Assembly: GCA_031267995.1 (NCBI GenBank)
Contig: JAIRXZ010000157.1
Span: 1 to 33,818, forward strand
Direction of reading: 5' to 3'
From: Odoribacteraceae bacterium
GTDB taxonomy: Bacteria > Bacteroidota > Bacteroidia > Bacteroidales > Marinifilaceae
DNA length: 33,818 bases
A model generated the notes under the pieces. It searched no databases and was not told the DNA's origin. It was given only the letters and a program-made list of their open reading frames with translations. Positions 26,001 through 33,818 of the stretch are shown here, one piece after another; the first letter of the stretch is position 1, and each line of letters begins with the position of its first letter. The translations under genes and the position numbers were made by a program.

Positions 26001-26383
26001 CGTGCCTCTCGCGCCTGCGGTGGGAGGGGAGTAATCACGATCGTCCGGTCGATAAACCGGAACCCCATATCCTCTCCAAGCGCCAGCCGCAGCAGCTCGT
26101 CCACGCGCATCGATCCGCGCGGCAGGCTCACCTTTCGCGCCAGATCAAGCTCGTCATCGCTATAAAAGAAATCGTACTGCAGCTGTCGCGTAATCGCGCC
26201 AAACACCTGTTCCAGCGTCATCGAGCGTTGGTCGAGCGCCACCCGATCGTTCTGCGCGTACGCTCCCCCGTGCACCTGGAGCGCGCCGGCCAGGAACAAG
26301 AAACAGGAAATTCTCATCATCATCATCCACTTTTTTATCCTACCGCGGGGATAGGACAACGGTCTCGAATCGGTTTTTTTCAT
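23051..26383 (-). CDS. SusC/RagA family TonB-dependent receptor with N-terminal STN signalling domain
   Basis: An STN-type extension (MTLEQVFGAITRQLQYDFFYSDDEL...RFIDRTIVITP) is followed by a carboxypeptidase-regulatory-like domain (ITGVVKRGGDPLAGANVRLKG...DGAGRFRL), then the plug and a large barrel ending in ...FSFAVSATF. The start is uncertain: candidates are the ATG at 26383, the ATG run at 26315-26326, and a GTG at 26419. Confidence 0.92.
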   Translation of the reverse strand: MKKTDSRPLSYPRGRIKKWMMMMRISCFLFLAGALQVHGGAYAQNDRVALDQRSMTLEQVFGAITRQLQYDFFYSDDELDLARKVSLPRGSMRVDELLRLALGEDMGFRFIDRTIVITPLPPQAREARVDTITGVVKRGGDPLAGANVRLKGAASVGVATDGAGRFRLFIPRAGRQVLVFSFIGMVTKEVPVTGSTSLVVSLEDDVAEVEEVVVMGMFNRRAESFTGAAVTFKQEDLKRVGNQNLLSSLKNLDPSFIIQENLEFGSDPNHMPEITMRGQTSIPVDIEGEYRGNINQPLFILDGFETTLTAVFDLDMNKVASVTLLKDASAKAIYGSKAGNGVVVIETILPKAGNLQISYNGSADIEAPDLTSYNLTNAAEKLQAEWMAGKYAKSDGGAQAAALGEYHALQKEVARGVNTYWLSQPLRVGVGQKHALGFTGGNSDMRYSVNVSFGDTKGTMIGSDRQTLAGNMMLSYLYESLSIRNNLTISVNKGKNSPYGSFATYANMNPYWRIRDENGVLIKQYATNVFNPLHNASLNVVDESSYTSITENIYVEWTLLKSLRLTGKLGVGKSFDDMNRFIPSDHTEFANVHPNSEVYADRGRNDVSNSKSTSLNTELGLAYSIRVNKHTLYSNAIWKINTNSSQSVGTSAVGFPSDKMSYISLGNRYNGEKPSGTESLSRSVDFVVAANYAFDNRYFTDFSYTGTASSRFGADSRWGHFWSVGAGWNLHNEAFIKQLGVVNNLRLRGSIGYTGSQEFDPYQAIASYQYYAGKSYDAALGSHILSLANNKLKWQQQLDRNVGFDISLFDRVSARGDFYSNITRDLLTDVTLTPSIGFPTYKENLGEKENTGYELSLQVKVLSDPGKRLFANVFGSIAHNSDKLVKISDALKTINQTQDARVALKPLVRFEEGKSTTGIWAVPSIGIDPVIGREVFVRQDGSLTTVWSAADQQVVGNSQATVTGNVGAYVGYKGLSLNLSFNFRAGGQTYNSTLVEKVENVDVSNNNVDKRVLYDRWNTPGVAAKFKSITDHTTTQPTSRFVEDLDEFVFSSCNLSYELGELEAFKRLDIDRMRLSFNMNDIGRLSTVKQERGTAYPFARTFSFAVSATF

Positions 26384-26488
26384 AATTTTGTCGTTGATAT
26401 GAATACTTAGTCTTGCCACCTGACAGTTTCAAGACACTTATTGATCTCCGGTGGCGGGGCGCCAACCCCGTCACTTTTGCTTTTATAA

Positions 26489-27610
26489 TTACCGGTCGGA
26501 CGGCTTCACCGCCACCGTTATCGTCTTATCATTCCCCTCGAATTGGATATTCGTCGTCATCTCCAGCAGCGTCAGCATCCGCTCTATCGGCTCGTGCTTG
26601 TTCACGAAACCCGTGAACCGCCGGCGTTTCACGGAATCATCCGCGTAAATCATCCGGAAATCGTACCAGCGCTCCAGCTTCTTCACCAGCTCCTCGAACG
26701 CGAAAGCCTTGAAATGAAAACGCCCGTGAATCCACGACGTGTACAGGTAACTATCCACCTCCTCCACGACATACTCGCCGCTCCTCCTGTCCAGCACGTA
26801 CTGCGTGGAAGGACTCAGCGTCACCTCGTTGCCGCCATTGCTCACCCGCACGCTCCCCTCCACCAGCGTTGCCCGCCAGATATCGTCGTCCTCGTAAGCG
26901 CTCACGTTAAACGTGGTACCCGTCACGGTCACCACCTGTTCGCCGGCATGCACGCGGAAAGGGGCGGCATCGTCCCGCGCCACCACGAAGTAAGCCTCCC
27001 CCTGCAGGAACACCTCCCGCGCGCCGGCCGGGAATCGTTCGGGAAACCGCACCGACGACCGGGAGTTCACCCAGATCACCGTCCCGTCCGGCAGCTCCAG
27101 CTGGTACTCGCCCCCCTGGGGCACTTGCAGGGTGTGATAACGGGGCGCGCTATCCCCCTCCTCGCCCGTCGCGTCATAGCGCAAGCGGCCGGACGCCGTG
27201 TCGTTAACCAGCACGATACCATCCCCTTGCCACCTGTCGCGTGCCCCGTGCGCCTCCAGCGGCACCACCTCCCCGGAAGCCAGCAGCACCTCCGCCTTCG
27301 CCGATCCGGGGACGATATCCAGCCCCCCTCCCGACGGCTCCCGCGGCCACGACACCGACAACCACACCCCTGCCGCCACCACCGCCGCGCATCCCGCCAC
27401 CCGCGCCGGCAGCAGCCACCGCCGACGCGCGCCACTCACGCTCCGCCACGCGCGCTCCACGTCATAGGCGTGCCCGCCCGTCCCGCGCATCGCCCGCCGG
27501 ATCAGGAACTGCTCCTTCAACAGGGGAAAATCCTCTTCCCCGGGAGGATCGCCCCCGCCGCGCCACCAGCCGACGAGACGCTCCCACGTTTTCTCTGGAA
27601 AATGTACCAT
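26489..27610 (-). CDS. FecR family anti-sigma factor / transmembrane sensor
   Basis: The 373-aa protein has a single central TM segment (LLPARVAGCAAVVAAGVWLSV). The periplasmic FecR domain (VVPLE...TLQVPQGGEYQLELPDGTVIWVNSRSSVRFP...REVFLQGEAYFVV) is followed by a DUF4974-like C-terminus (LVKKLERWYDFRMIYAD). Confidence 0.88.
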   Translation of the reverse strand: MVHFPEKTWERLVGWWRGGGDPPGEEDFPLLKEQFLIRRAMRGTGGHAYDVERAWRSVSGARRRWLLPARVAGCAAVVAAGVWLSVSWPREPSGGGLDIVPGSAKAEVLLASGEVVPLEAHGARDRWQGDGIVLVNDTASGRLRYDATGEEGDSAPRYHTLQVPQGGEYQLELPDGTVIWVNSRSSVRFPERFPAGAREVFLQGEAYFVVARDDAAPFRVHAGEQVVTVTGTTFNVSAYEDDDIWRATLVEGSVRVSNGGNEVTLSPSTQYVLDRRSGEYVVEEVDSYLYTSWIHGRFHFKAFAFEELVKKLERWYDFRMIYADDSVKRRRFTGFVNKHEPIERMLTLLEMTTNIQFEGNDKTITVAVKPSDR

Positions 27611-27684
27611 CTTTTTTTACTCGTTTACATAAAGACAACCAGGGGATAAAAAAGGGTAGGCCTCCAGCCGCGCGCCCGCGCCGC

Positions 27685-27722
27685 GAATAAAAGAAAAGGC
27701 CGCCGGGAATATCCCGACGGCC
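27685..27722 (-). terminator. Rho-independent terminator after the RND operon (hairpin usable on both strands)
   Basis: An 11-bp stem with one mismatch pairs GGCCGCCGGGA (27698-27708) with TCCCGACGGCC (27712-27722) around a 3-nt loop. On the minus strand it is followed by TTTTCTTTTATT, about 28 nt after the stop codon at 27750. Confidence 0.65.
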
Positions 27723-27749
27723 ATTATTTTTGTCGCATCGACCAGGTGG

Positions 27750-28043
27750 TTAATACCCCCCCGTGATATCCCACACGAAGGCGCGGATACCGTTCTCCTC
27801 GTTAACGTGGTCGAGTTTCTCGATATATTTCAGGATAACGGGCACGACGTGGTCTTCGACAATCGTGAGGATCGCCGAGTTCTTTTCAGGCCACGTGTGG
27901 TTTCCCATACGCGGTTCGCCGCCGCGCGATCCCTTCCCGTTCACCAGCGGGAACTGCGTCCATCCCGTCACGTGGAGTTGTTCCAGGAGATAATCCACGC
28001 GGTCGGTAAGCGCCTGGTTGTAAGATATAAATACTGCTTTCAT
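27750..28043 (-). CDS. Small PII-like transporter-associated protein (PG0541-type)
   Basis: The 97-aa protein reads MKAVFISYNQALTDRVDYLLEQL...GKGSRGGEPRMGNHTWPEKNSAILTIVED, a beta-alpha-beta PII-like pattern. It is encoded 6 nt downstream of the RND pump, as I recall for the Porphyromonas PG0541 family. Confidence 0.65.
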   Translation of the reverse strand: MKAVFISYNQALTDRVDYLLEQLHVTGWTQFPLVNGKGSRGGEPRMGNHTWPEKNSAILTIVEDHVVPVILKYIEKLDHVNEENGIRAFVWDITGGY

Positions 28044-28049
28044 TGCTTG

Positions 28050-31000
28050 TTAGATTTTGGGTTTTTCTATCTCTTCGGGCGTGAATCCGGACATGAACTT
28101 AAACCGTTTTTGTTGGGACTTCTTTTTGTCCCGGCTGCCGCTTCTGTCCATGAGGGCGTAGACGACGGGGACGATAACCATGGTAATGATCGTGGAAAAG
28201 AGTAGCCCGCCGATAACGGAGATGCCCATCGGTTTCCAAGTCTCCGACCCCTCACCGCTGCTGATGGCCATAGGCAACATGCCGAGGATCATGGCAGCAG
28301 CCGTCATGAGGACGGGGCGCAACCTCGATCGGCTGGCAGTGGCGATGGCATCGTAAAGGCGGACGCCACGCTCGCGGGTAAGGTTAATAAAGTCGATGAG
28401 GAGGATACCGTTCTTGGTCACGATGCCGATCAGCATGATGGCGCCCAGCAGGGCGATCATACTCAGGGTAGTGTTGGTGATCAGCAGCGCGAGAATAACC
28501 CCGCTGAAGGCAAAAGGAATAGACAGCATGATAATAAACGGCATCTTGAAAGACTCAAATTCGGAAGCCATCACGATGTACACCAGCAGCAGCGAAAGCA
28601 CGAGAAGAAGCATGAGGGATTGATTGGATTTCTGTTGCTCCTCGTAACTACCGCCGACGAAAAGGGCAATATCCCGCGGAATATCGTCGCTAATCTCGTT
28701 AATCACCGCCTGTGCAGCCCCGGCAATTTCGCCAAGAGCGGCGCCGCGGCTGGGCGTGATGCTGACCTTGACGATACGCAATTTATTCTTACGCTCGATA
28801 TTGGGCGGCGACCAGTACTCCTCGATCCTCCCAAGCTCACCGACGCGCACGCGAGCGCCGAGGGGAGTAGTAATCTGGGTATTCTCCAGGGCGGTAATCG
28901 AATTACGCGCGCTCTCCTCGTGTCGGATAATAATATCATACTCCTCGCCCTCCTCCTTGTATTTGGTAGGCTTAAACCCGTAAACGCGGTTGCGCAGGGC
29001 GGTAGCCACCTGGGAAGTCGTGAGAGAATGTTGAGAAAGCTTATCCTGATCGAGGAAAAGTTGCAACTCAGGCTTATCATCATCGCGGCTAATATTAATA
29101 TCCGCCGCGCCGGGAACCCCCTTCATGCGTTGCGCCACGGTAGCCGCCAGCTGATTAGTCGCCTCGAAATCGTGCCCGGTAATCTCTATATCCACGTTAT
29201 TTCCCCCCATGCCGCCGAACCCGCTGCTGGTGGTAACGGTATAGAGAATCACCTCCGGGATAGCATCGAGATGCTCGCGAAGATCATCGGCAATAGCGAA
29301 AACGCTGCGGTCGCGCTCCCCGATATTCACGAGGCGCACGCGGACGTTGAGAATATTGCTCCCCGTCTTGTTAAAGAGCGAAGAAATACTCATATCCTCG
29401 TCCTCGCTACCGTAAGAAATATTAATCATGCGCACCTCCGGGTAAGTCGCGCGGATCATAGAATCTATCTTCAGGCCAAGCCTCTTCGTCTCCTCCACGC
29501 GTTGCCCGGTTTGCGCCTTGACGTAGATATTCAGGGAACTCTCGTCATTCTGCGGCATAAAATCGCTCTTGATAAAGCGGAAGAGAAACAGGGAAGCGAC
29601 AATAATGGCAAGCGCCGACCCGATCACGACACTCTTGTGGCGCAACGACCAGCGAATAACCCGCTCGTACCAGGCATCCAGCGCCCCCAGCATCCTCGTG
29701 GTGATGGCGTAGAAACTGCGCTTTTCGCCATCCTCGCCCCCCACTTTTCTCAATCGCAGCATGATGGAGGAGAGCATCGGCGTCAGGGAAATCGCCGCCA
29801 CGGTAGACGTCACCACGGTAATACAGATAATATACCCCAGCTGTTTAAAAATCACGCCGGTCATTCCCGTGACAAGCGTCAGGGGGAAGAAAACGGCGAC
29901 AATCACCAGCGTCGTCGCGATCACGGAGAGCCACACCTCGTTGGTACCATACTTGGAAGCCTCTCGCGGCGAGCTACCCCGGTCGATATGCTTCGTAATA
30001 TTCTCCAGCACCACGATCGCGTCGTCCACCACCAGCCCGATAGCGATAGAGAGCGACGACAGCGAAATAATATTCAGCGACTCGTTGGTAATAAACAAAT
30101 AAATAAAAGCCACCACCAAAGAAATCGGTATCGTCAGCGCGATAATAAACGTCGCCCGCCACCGTCCCAGGAAGAAGAACACCACCAGCACCACGAAAAC
30201 AAGCGCGTACGCCAGCGTCTCCGTGAGATTATCGATCGACTGCACCACGAACTCCGAATTATCATGCAACATCTCGATATGCACGTCAGCCGGCAGCTCC
30301 TTCATGATACTCTCCATCTCCCGTTTCACGTTAGCGGCAACGGCCACCGTGTTCGCGTCCGACTGCTTGGTAATATAAATAACGGCGCCCTGCGCGCGAT
30401 TCACCAGCTGCTCCTGGGAAATATCCTTGATCGTATCCCGGACATTGGCCACGTCCCGGATAAAAACCGACTTCCCGTCGCTCGTGCCAATCACCAGATC
30501 CTTTATCCGCTCGCTATCATCAAACTCCCCCTCCACGCGCACCTGGTAACTCATCATCCCCATCTTCACGTTACCGGCGGGCAGGTCAAGATTCTCGGCA
30601 GCAATCACGTTACCGATCTGCTCCACGGTCAGGTTATAAGCCTCCAGCCGCCGCGGATCCAGATCCACGTAAACCACCCGCTTGGGCGCCCCGCCGACAC
30701 CCACGGAAGCCACCCCGTCGATGCGGTTCAGCCGCGTAACCACCTTATCATCGATAATCTTATCGATACCCGGGTACGACACGTCCGCGTTCACCGTGTA
30801 AATAATAATCGGCATCATCGAGGTATTAAACTTGAACAGCGACGGACGCTCGGCATCATCCGGCAAATTGGGAATCGCCCGGTCAATCGCGTCCCGCACG
30901 TCATTCGCCGCCTCGTCAAGATTCACCTCCCACTCGAACTCCAGCGTCACCACGGAGAAATTATCGTAGGAATTGGAGGAGAGATTCTTCAGGTTCTCCA

Positions 31001-31220
31001 CCGAGTTCAGCTGGTCTTCCAGTATCTTGGTAATATTCTCCTCGATATTGGCAGCATTGGCGCCGGGGTAGGTAGCCATCACCGACAAATAAGGAGGATC
31101 CATCTTGGGCAACTGATCAACGGGCAGTTGCACCAGCGAAAAAAGCCCCAGCACCATGACCCCGATAAAGATCATGATCGTGGTAATGGGTTTTTCGACT
31201 GCTGTGGTGTATATACTCAT
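28050..31220 (-). CDS. Efflux RND transporter permease subunit (AcrB/HAE1-like)
   Basis: The 1056-aa protein has a 12-TM pattern with two large periplasmic loops. The N-terminus AVEKPITTIMIFIGVMVLGLFSLVQLPVDQLP and the motifs VVDDAIVVLENI and GILLIDF are typical of the family. Confidence 0.95.
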   Translation of the reverse strand: MSIYTTAVEKPITTIMIFIGVMVLGLFSLVQLPVDQLPKMDPPYLSVMATYPGANAANIEENITKILEDQLNSVENLKNLSSNSYDNFSVVTLEFEWEVNLDEAANDVRDAIDRAIPNLPDDAERPSLFKFNTSMMPIIIYTVNADVSYPGIDKIIDDKVVTRLNRIDGVASVGVGGAPKRVVYVDLDPRRLEAYNLTVEQIGNVIAAENLDLPAGNVKMGMMSYQVRVEGEFDDSERIKDLVIGTSDGKSVFIRDVANVRDTIKDISQEQLVNRAQGAVIYITKQSDANTVAVAANVKREMESIMKELPADVHIEMLHDNSEFVVQSIDNLTETLAYALVFVVLVVFFFLGRWRATFIIALTIPISLVVAFIYLFITNESLNIISLSSLSIAIGLVVDDAIVVLENITKHIDRGSSPREASKYGTNEVWLSVIATTLVIVAVFFPLTLVTGMTGVIFKQLGYIICITVVTSTVAAISLTPMLSSIMLRLRKVGGEDGEKRSFYAITTRMLGALDAWYERVIRWSLRHKSVVIGSALAIIVASLFLFRFIKSDFMPQNDESSLNIYVKAQTGQRVEETKRLGLKIDSMIRATYPEVRMINISYGSEDEDMSISSLFNKTGSNILNVRVRLVNIGERDRSVFAIADDLREHLDAIPEVILYTVTTSSGFGGMGGNNVDIEITGHDFEATNQLAATVAQRMKGVPGAADINISRDDDKPELQLFLDQDKLSQHSLTTSQVATALRNRVYGFKPTKYKEEGEEYDIIIRHEESARNSITALENTQITTPLGARVRVGELGRIEEYWSPPNIERKNKLRIVKVSITPSRGAALGEIAGAAQAVINEISDDIPRDIALFVGGSYEEQQKSNQSLMLLLVLSLLLVYIVMASEFESFKMPFIIMLSIPFAFSGVILALLITNTTLSMIALLGAIMLIGIVTKNGILLIDFINLTRERGVRLYDAIATASRSRLRPVLMTAAAMILGMLPMAISSGEGSETWKPMGISVIGGLLFSTIITMVIVPVVYALMDRSGSRDKKKSQQKRFKFMSGFTPEEIEKPKI

Positions 31221-31238
31221 GGTTTCAAATTAAAAATA

Positions 31239-32273
31239 TTAACGCGTGATCTCCAGCAACGAACCATCCACCAGCCGCGCCTGCCCGACGCACACCAGCT
31301 GATCGCCCCCCTTGATCTTATCAGAGATAATCTCCACCTGATCCTCGAAACGCTTGCCCAGCGTCACCTCCACGCGCCGCGCCCTCCCCTTCTCGTTCAG
31401 GAAAACGTAGCGCAGGTTAGACCCCTGCAACTTCAGGACAGACAACGCCGGCACGATAATCGCGTCGGCGCTCCCCACCAGGAAATTGATGGTACCGAAC
31501 ATCCCCGGGCGCAAGCTCCGATCCCCGTTAGGCAACTGCACCTCCACCGTGAACGTCCGCGAACCCTTGTCAATCGTCGGGTAAACGATACTCACCTTCC
31601 CCGCGTACACCCGACCGGGATAAACGGCCGCCCTCAGCTCCACGGGAATCCCCGCGCGCATCACCGGGAAATGCTCCTCCGTCATATTCACCAGCGCCTT
31701 CAGCGGATCAATCCGCTCCACGCGAACGATCGACGCCTTGGCAGCCCCGCCAGCCGGCGACCCGCTAAACATCTCCCCCGCCTCGAAATAACGCCCCGTG
31801 ATCACCCCGTCGAACGGCGAAAGCAACCGCGTATTCTCACGCAAAAAGCGGACATTCGTCAGCGCCACGTCCCGTTGCGTCACGACCCCGTCATACGCCT
31901 GTCGCGAAATACTATTCGTCTCCAGCAGCGCCGCCGCCCGCTTGAACTCCGTCTCCAGGTTCTGCAACTGCACCTCGGCCTGCGCCAGCTGCGTCTTATC
32001 CATCTCCACCAGCACCTGCCCCGCCTTCACCCGATCGCCCACCTCCACCAGGATCCGCTCGATCCGCCCCGGCGAAGCGGGAGCGTAATAAACCTGCTCG
32101 TCGGCCTCGAGACTCGCCGTGTAATCAACACTACGGTTCACGTGCCTCGTGTCCAGCGTCATCACCTTCACGGGAATAGCCTTCTCCACGGCGCCCGTCC
32201 CCGTGTTCGTTTGTCCGGCACACCCGACCATCATGGCCGCTGCCGTTGTCGCTAAAAAAAGATACTTTGTCAT
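31239..32273 (-). CDS. Efflux RND transporter periplasmic adaptor (membrane fusion protein)
   Basis: It has a lipoprotein signal (AAAMMVGC), a biotinyl-lipoyl-like hairpin (GRIERILVEVGDRVKAGQVLVEMD) and a coiled-coil region, followed by beta-barrel/MP domains. Confidence 0.92.
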   Translation of the reverse strand: MTKYLFLATTAAAMMVGCAGQTNTGTGAVEKAIPVKVMTLDTRHVNRSVDYTASLEADEQVYYAPASPGRIERILVEVGDRVKAGQVLVEMDKTQLAQAEVQLQNLETEFKRAAALLETNSISRQAYDGVVTQRDVALTNVRFLRENTRLLSPFDGVITGRYFEAGEMFSGSPAGGAAKASIVRVERIDPLKALVNMTEEHFPVMRAGIPVELRAAVYPGRVYAGKVSIVYPTIDKGSRTFTVEVQLPNGDRSLRPGMFGTINFLVGSADAIIVPALSVLKLQGSNLRYVFLNEKGRARRVEVTLGKRFEDQVEIISDKIKGGDQLVCVGQARLVDGSLLEITR

Positions 32274-32300
32274 TATCGTGTCGCTTTAAAGATTACGTGA

Positions 32301-33599
32301 TTATTGATACAAAACGGAAAGGCGATTATACAACTTCTCCAGCTGCAACCACGCCTGTAACAGCGTCAACGCGGCGCTGGTATAATTATTCTCGGCCTGC
32401 AGGTACGTGCTATTCGCCTGCGTCAGCTCCATGCTCGACAGCGCCCCCAGCTCGTACTTACGCTTGTAACTCGCCAGCACGCGGCGCGCCACCTCGATAT
32501 TCTCCCGTTGCAGCGCGTGATTCTCCACCGCGTTGCTCAGCTCCGAACGCAGCTGGCCATCCTGCAAGCGCAGCTGATCCTCCAGCAAACTCTTGTCCAG
32601 CAAACTTTGCTCCAGGGTAATCCGCGCTTGCGACACCTTCGACTGCCGTTGCAGCCCCGAAAAAATCGGGATCGACAAGCTCACCCCCGCCGTGTGATTC
32701 GGGCTCATATCCAGCTCCGGCTTCAGCAACTTGTAAGTATAAGAATACTGCCCCGCCAGCGTCGGCGCGTAGCTCCACTTCTCCACCTGCAGCAACTTGC
32801 GATTGATACTCGTCTGCGTGCTCACCAGGCGAAACTGCAAATTATTCTCCGGGTCAAACGCGTCAGCGGCCGACAACCCCCGCGTCGACGGCGCCAGCAG
32901 CCCCGCCAAATCATCGCCCAGCGCCAGCGGGGCGCCATCCTCCAGCCCCATCTGCAACCGCAACAAGTTCACCGCCAGGTCAAGCGTCCGTTGCATCGAC
33001 AACCTCGCGTTCTTCAGCTGCCCCACGGTAATCGAAATCTGGTCGACATCCGTCTCCTCCACCACGCCCGCCGCGAACATATCCCGCGTGTGCTCGAACG
33101 TCTGGTTCATGAACGTCAGATTCTGGTCGACAATCTCCAACATCCGCCTCGTCACCAGGATATTGTAATACGAATTACACACGTTCTCCACCACCTCCTG
33201 CGTCGTCAGCTCCACCTGCTGGCTGGCCAGCTGCTTGGCGATCTTGCTCGCCTGGATGCCGGCAATCCACTGACCGCTAAACAACAACTGCTGCAGCGTC
33301 AGCTTGGCGTTCGACTGATCCTTCATCTTGATCTGCATGGACGAGCCGAAACTCATCTCGTGATTAAAATTGGTAGCGTAATCCACCGTCCCGTTCACCT
33401 GCGGCAGCCCCTGGGCGATGGCCTCGCGCACCTTTTGGCGAAAGAGTTCGATATTCATCGTCGACGATTGCAATTGTTTGTTGTGTTCGACGGCGAAAAC
33501 GACCGCCTCGCGCAACGAAAAGAGGCGAGGCGCCTCCTGCGCGCGGGACATCCAGGGGACGAAAAACGCGGCCGCGAGTACAAAAATTCCTTTTTTCAT
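32301..33599 (-). CDS. TolC family outer membrane efflux protein
   Basis: The signal peptide is MKKGIFVLAAAFFVPWMSRAQE. The protein has the two-repeat OEP architecture, with LSLREAVVFAVEHN near the N-terminus and a long helical region. I chose the start at the ATG at 33599, before the signal peptide, rather than at 33683. Confidence 0.9.
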   Translation of the reverse strand: MKKGIFVLAAAFFVPWMSRAQEAPRLFSLREAVVFAVEHNKQLQSSTMNIELFRQKVREAIAQGLPQVNGTVDYATNFNHEMSFGSSMQIKMKDQSNAKLTLQQLLFSGQWIAGIQASKIAKQLASQQVELTTQEVVENVCNSYYNILVTRRMLEIVDQNLTFMNQTFEHTRDMFAAGVVEETDVDQISITVGQLKNARLSMQRTLDLAVNLLRLQMGLEDGAPLALGDDLAGLLAPSTRGLSAADAFDPENNLQFRLVSTQTSINRKLLQVEKWSYAPTLAGQYSYTYKLLKPELDMSPNHTAGVSLSIPIFSGLQRQSKVSQARITLEQSLLDKSLLEDQLRLQDGQLRSELSNAVENHALQRENIEVARRVLASYKRKYELGALSSMELTQANSTYLQAENNYTSAALTLLQAWLQLEKLYNRLSVLYQ

Positions 33600-33818
33600 G
33601 TTTCCGTTATAATTAAATTTTAAAATCAGGTGTTTGCGGGTGTATTGTCCTCGCGAAATATCGCGTTGTGAAGGAAAATTCACGGACAGCGGTTGGCAGA
33701 CAAATCCCGTGCCAAATTCCAGAAAACCGCACCGGGACGCCCGCCATCCGGCCTTTTTCCGCGCGCACCCCGATGATGACGCCGGTAAACACGTAGGGGC
33801 GCACCTGCGTGTGCGCCC

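Noticed and set aside
26420-26488. A search for an ECF-type promoter (GAAC..N16..CGT-like) between fecR and susC.
   Set aside because: Only weak partial matches were seen (TGAAAC..). The gap is short enough for simple co-transcription, so there is not enough evidence to annotate a promoter.
28620-32255. A 1211-codon ORF on the plus strand, antisense to the RND pump and adaptor genes. Similar long antisense ORFs occur at 786..1835, 2987..4450, 8574..9632, 12905..14557, 15689..16861, 18519..19775, 20172..21491 and 21707..23965.
   Set aside because: These are shadow ORFs. Their translations are low-complexity (rich in R/H/G/P/L/Q/V), they show no recognisable motifs, and several span two or more well-supported genes on the opposite strand. 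Codon bias on the true coding strand depletes stop codons in the antisense frame.
33613-33804. A 63-aa ORF on the minus strand, upstream of the TolC gene.
   Set aside because: It has no signal, motif or start-codon context, and it lies in what should be the promoter and 5' region of the efflux operon. It is most likely a chance ORF in GC-rich DNA.
33796-33818. An 8-bp GC hairpin, GGGCGCAC-CTGCGT-GTGCGCCC, at the extreme right edge of the window.
   Set aside because: It is truncated by the window boundary and has no flanking context, so I cannot tell whether it is a terminator, a REP-like element or something else.

Overview
The window looks like chromosomal DNA from a high-GC Bacteroidota genome. 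The phylum call rests on SusC/SusD, TAnnTTTG-type promoter boxes and Bacteroidota-restricted DUF families, and I cannot go beyond that. I support 23 protein genes and found no rRNA, tRNA, CRISPR array or mobile element.

Layout, left to right:
- Housekeeping genes: menG-obg-hpt on the minus strand, then purE and a phospho-sugar mutase on the plus strand.
- A tightly coupled plus-strand operon: two paralogous DUF4836-like lipoproteins, an ABC ATPase and a MacB/FtsX-topology permease.
- A roughly 2.9 kb accessory-looking stretch. It holds a ~0.5 kb degenerate 42/84-bp tandem array, a DUF6261-like gene with a long disordered tail, and a low-GC orphan secreted-protein gene.
- A minus-strand operon: Ig-like lipoprotein, DUF3108, DUF1343/NamZ.
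- An AT-rich array of eleven 21-bp units with strict 42-bp super-periodicity.
- A PUL-like minus-strand operon: FecR anti-sigma, STN-SusC, SusD, DUF4843, and a PKD-like lipoprotein reading without a stop codon into a TlpA-like thioredoxin protein.
- An RND efflux operon: TolC, MFP, RND pump, and a PII-like PG0541-type small protein.

The candidates most worth follow-up are:
- the DUF4836 x2 plus type VII ABC operon;
- the two helically phased repeat arrays;
- the stop-less PKD-like/TlpA junction inside a thiol-redox SusCD locus.

No recognisable defence, toxin or secretion system is present. All family assignments come from reading motifs by eye. No HMM or BLAST search was run.
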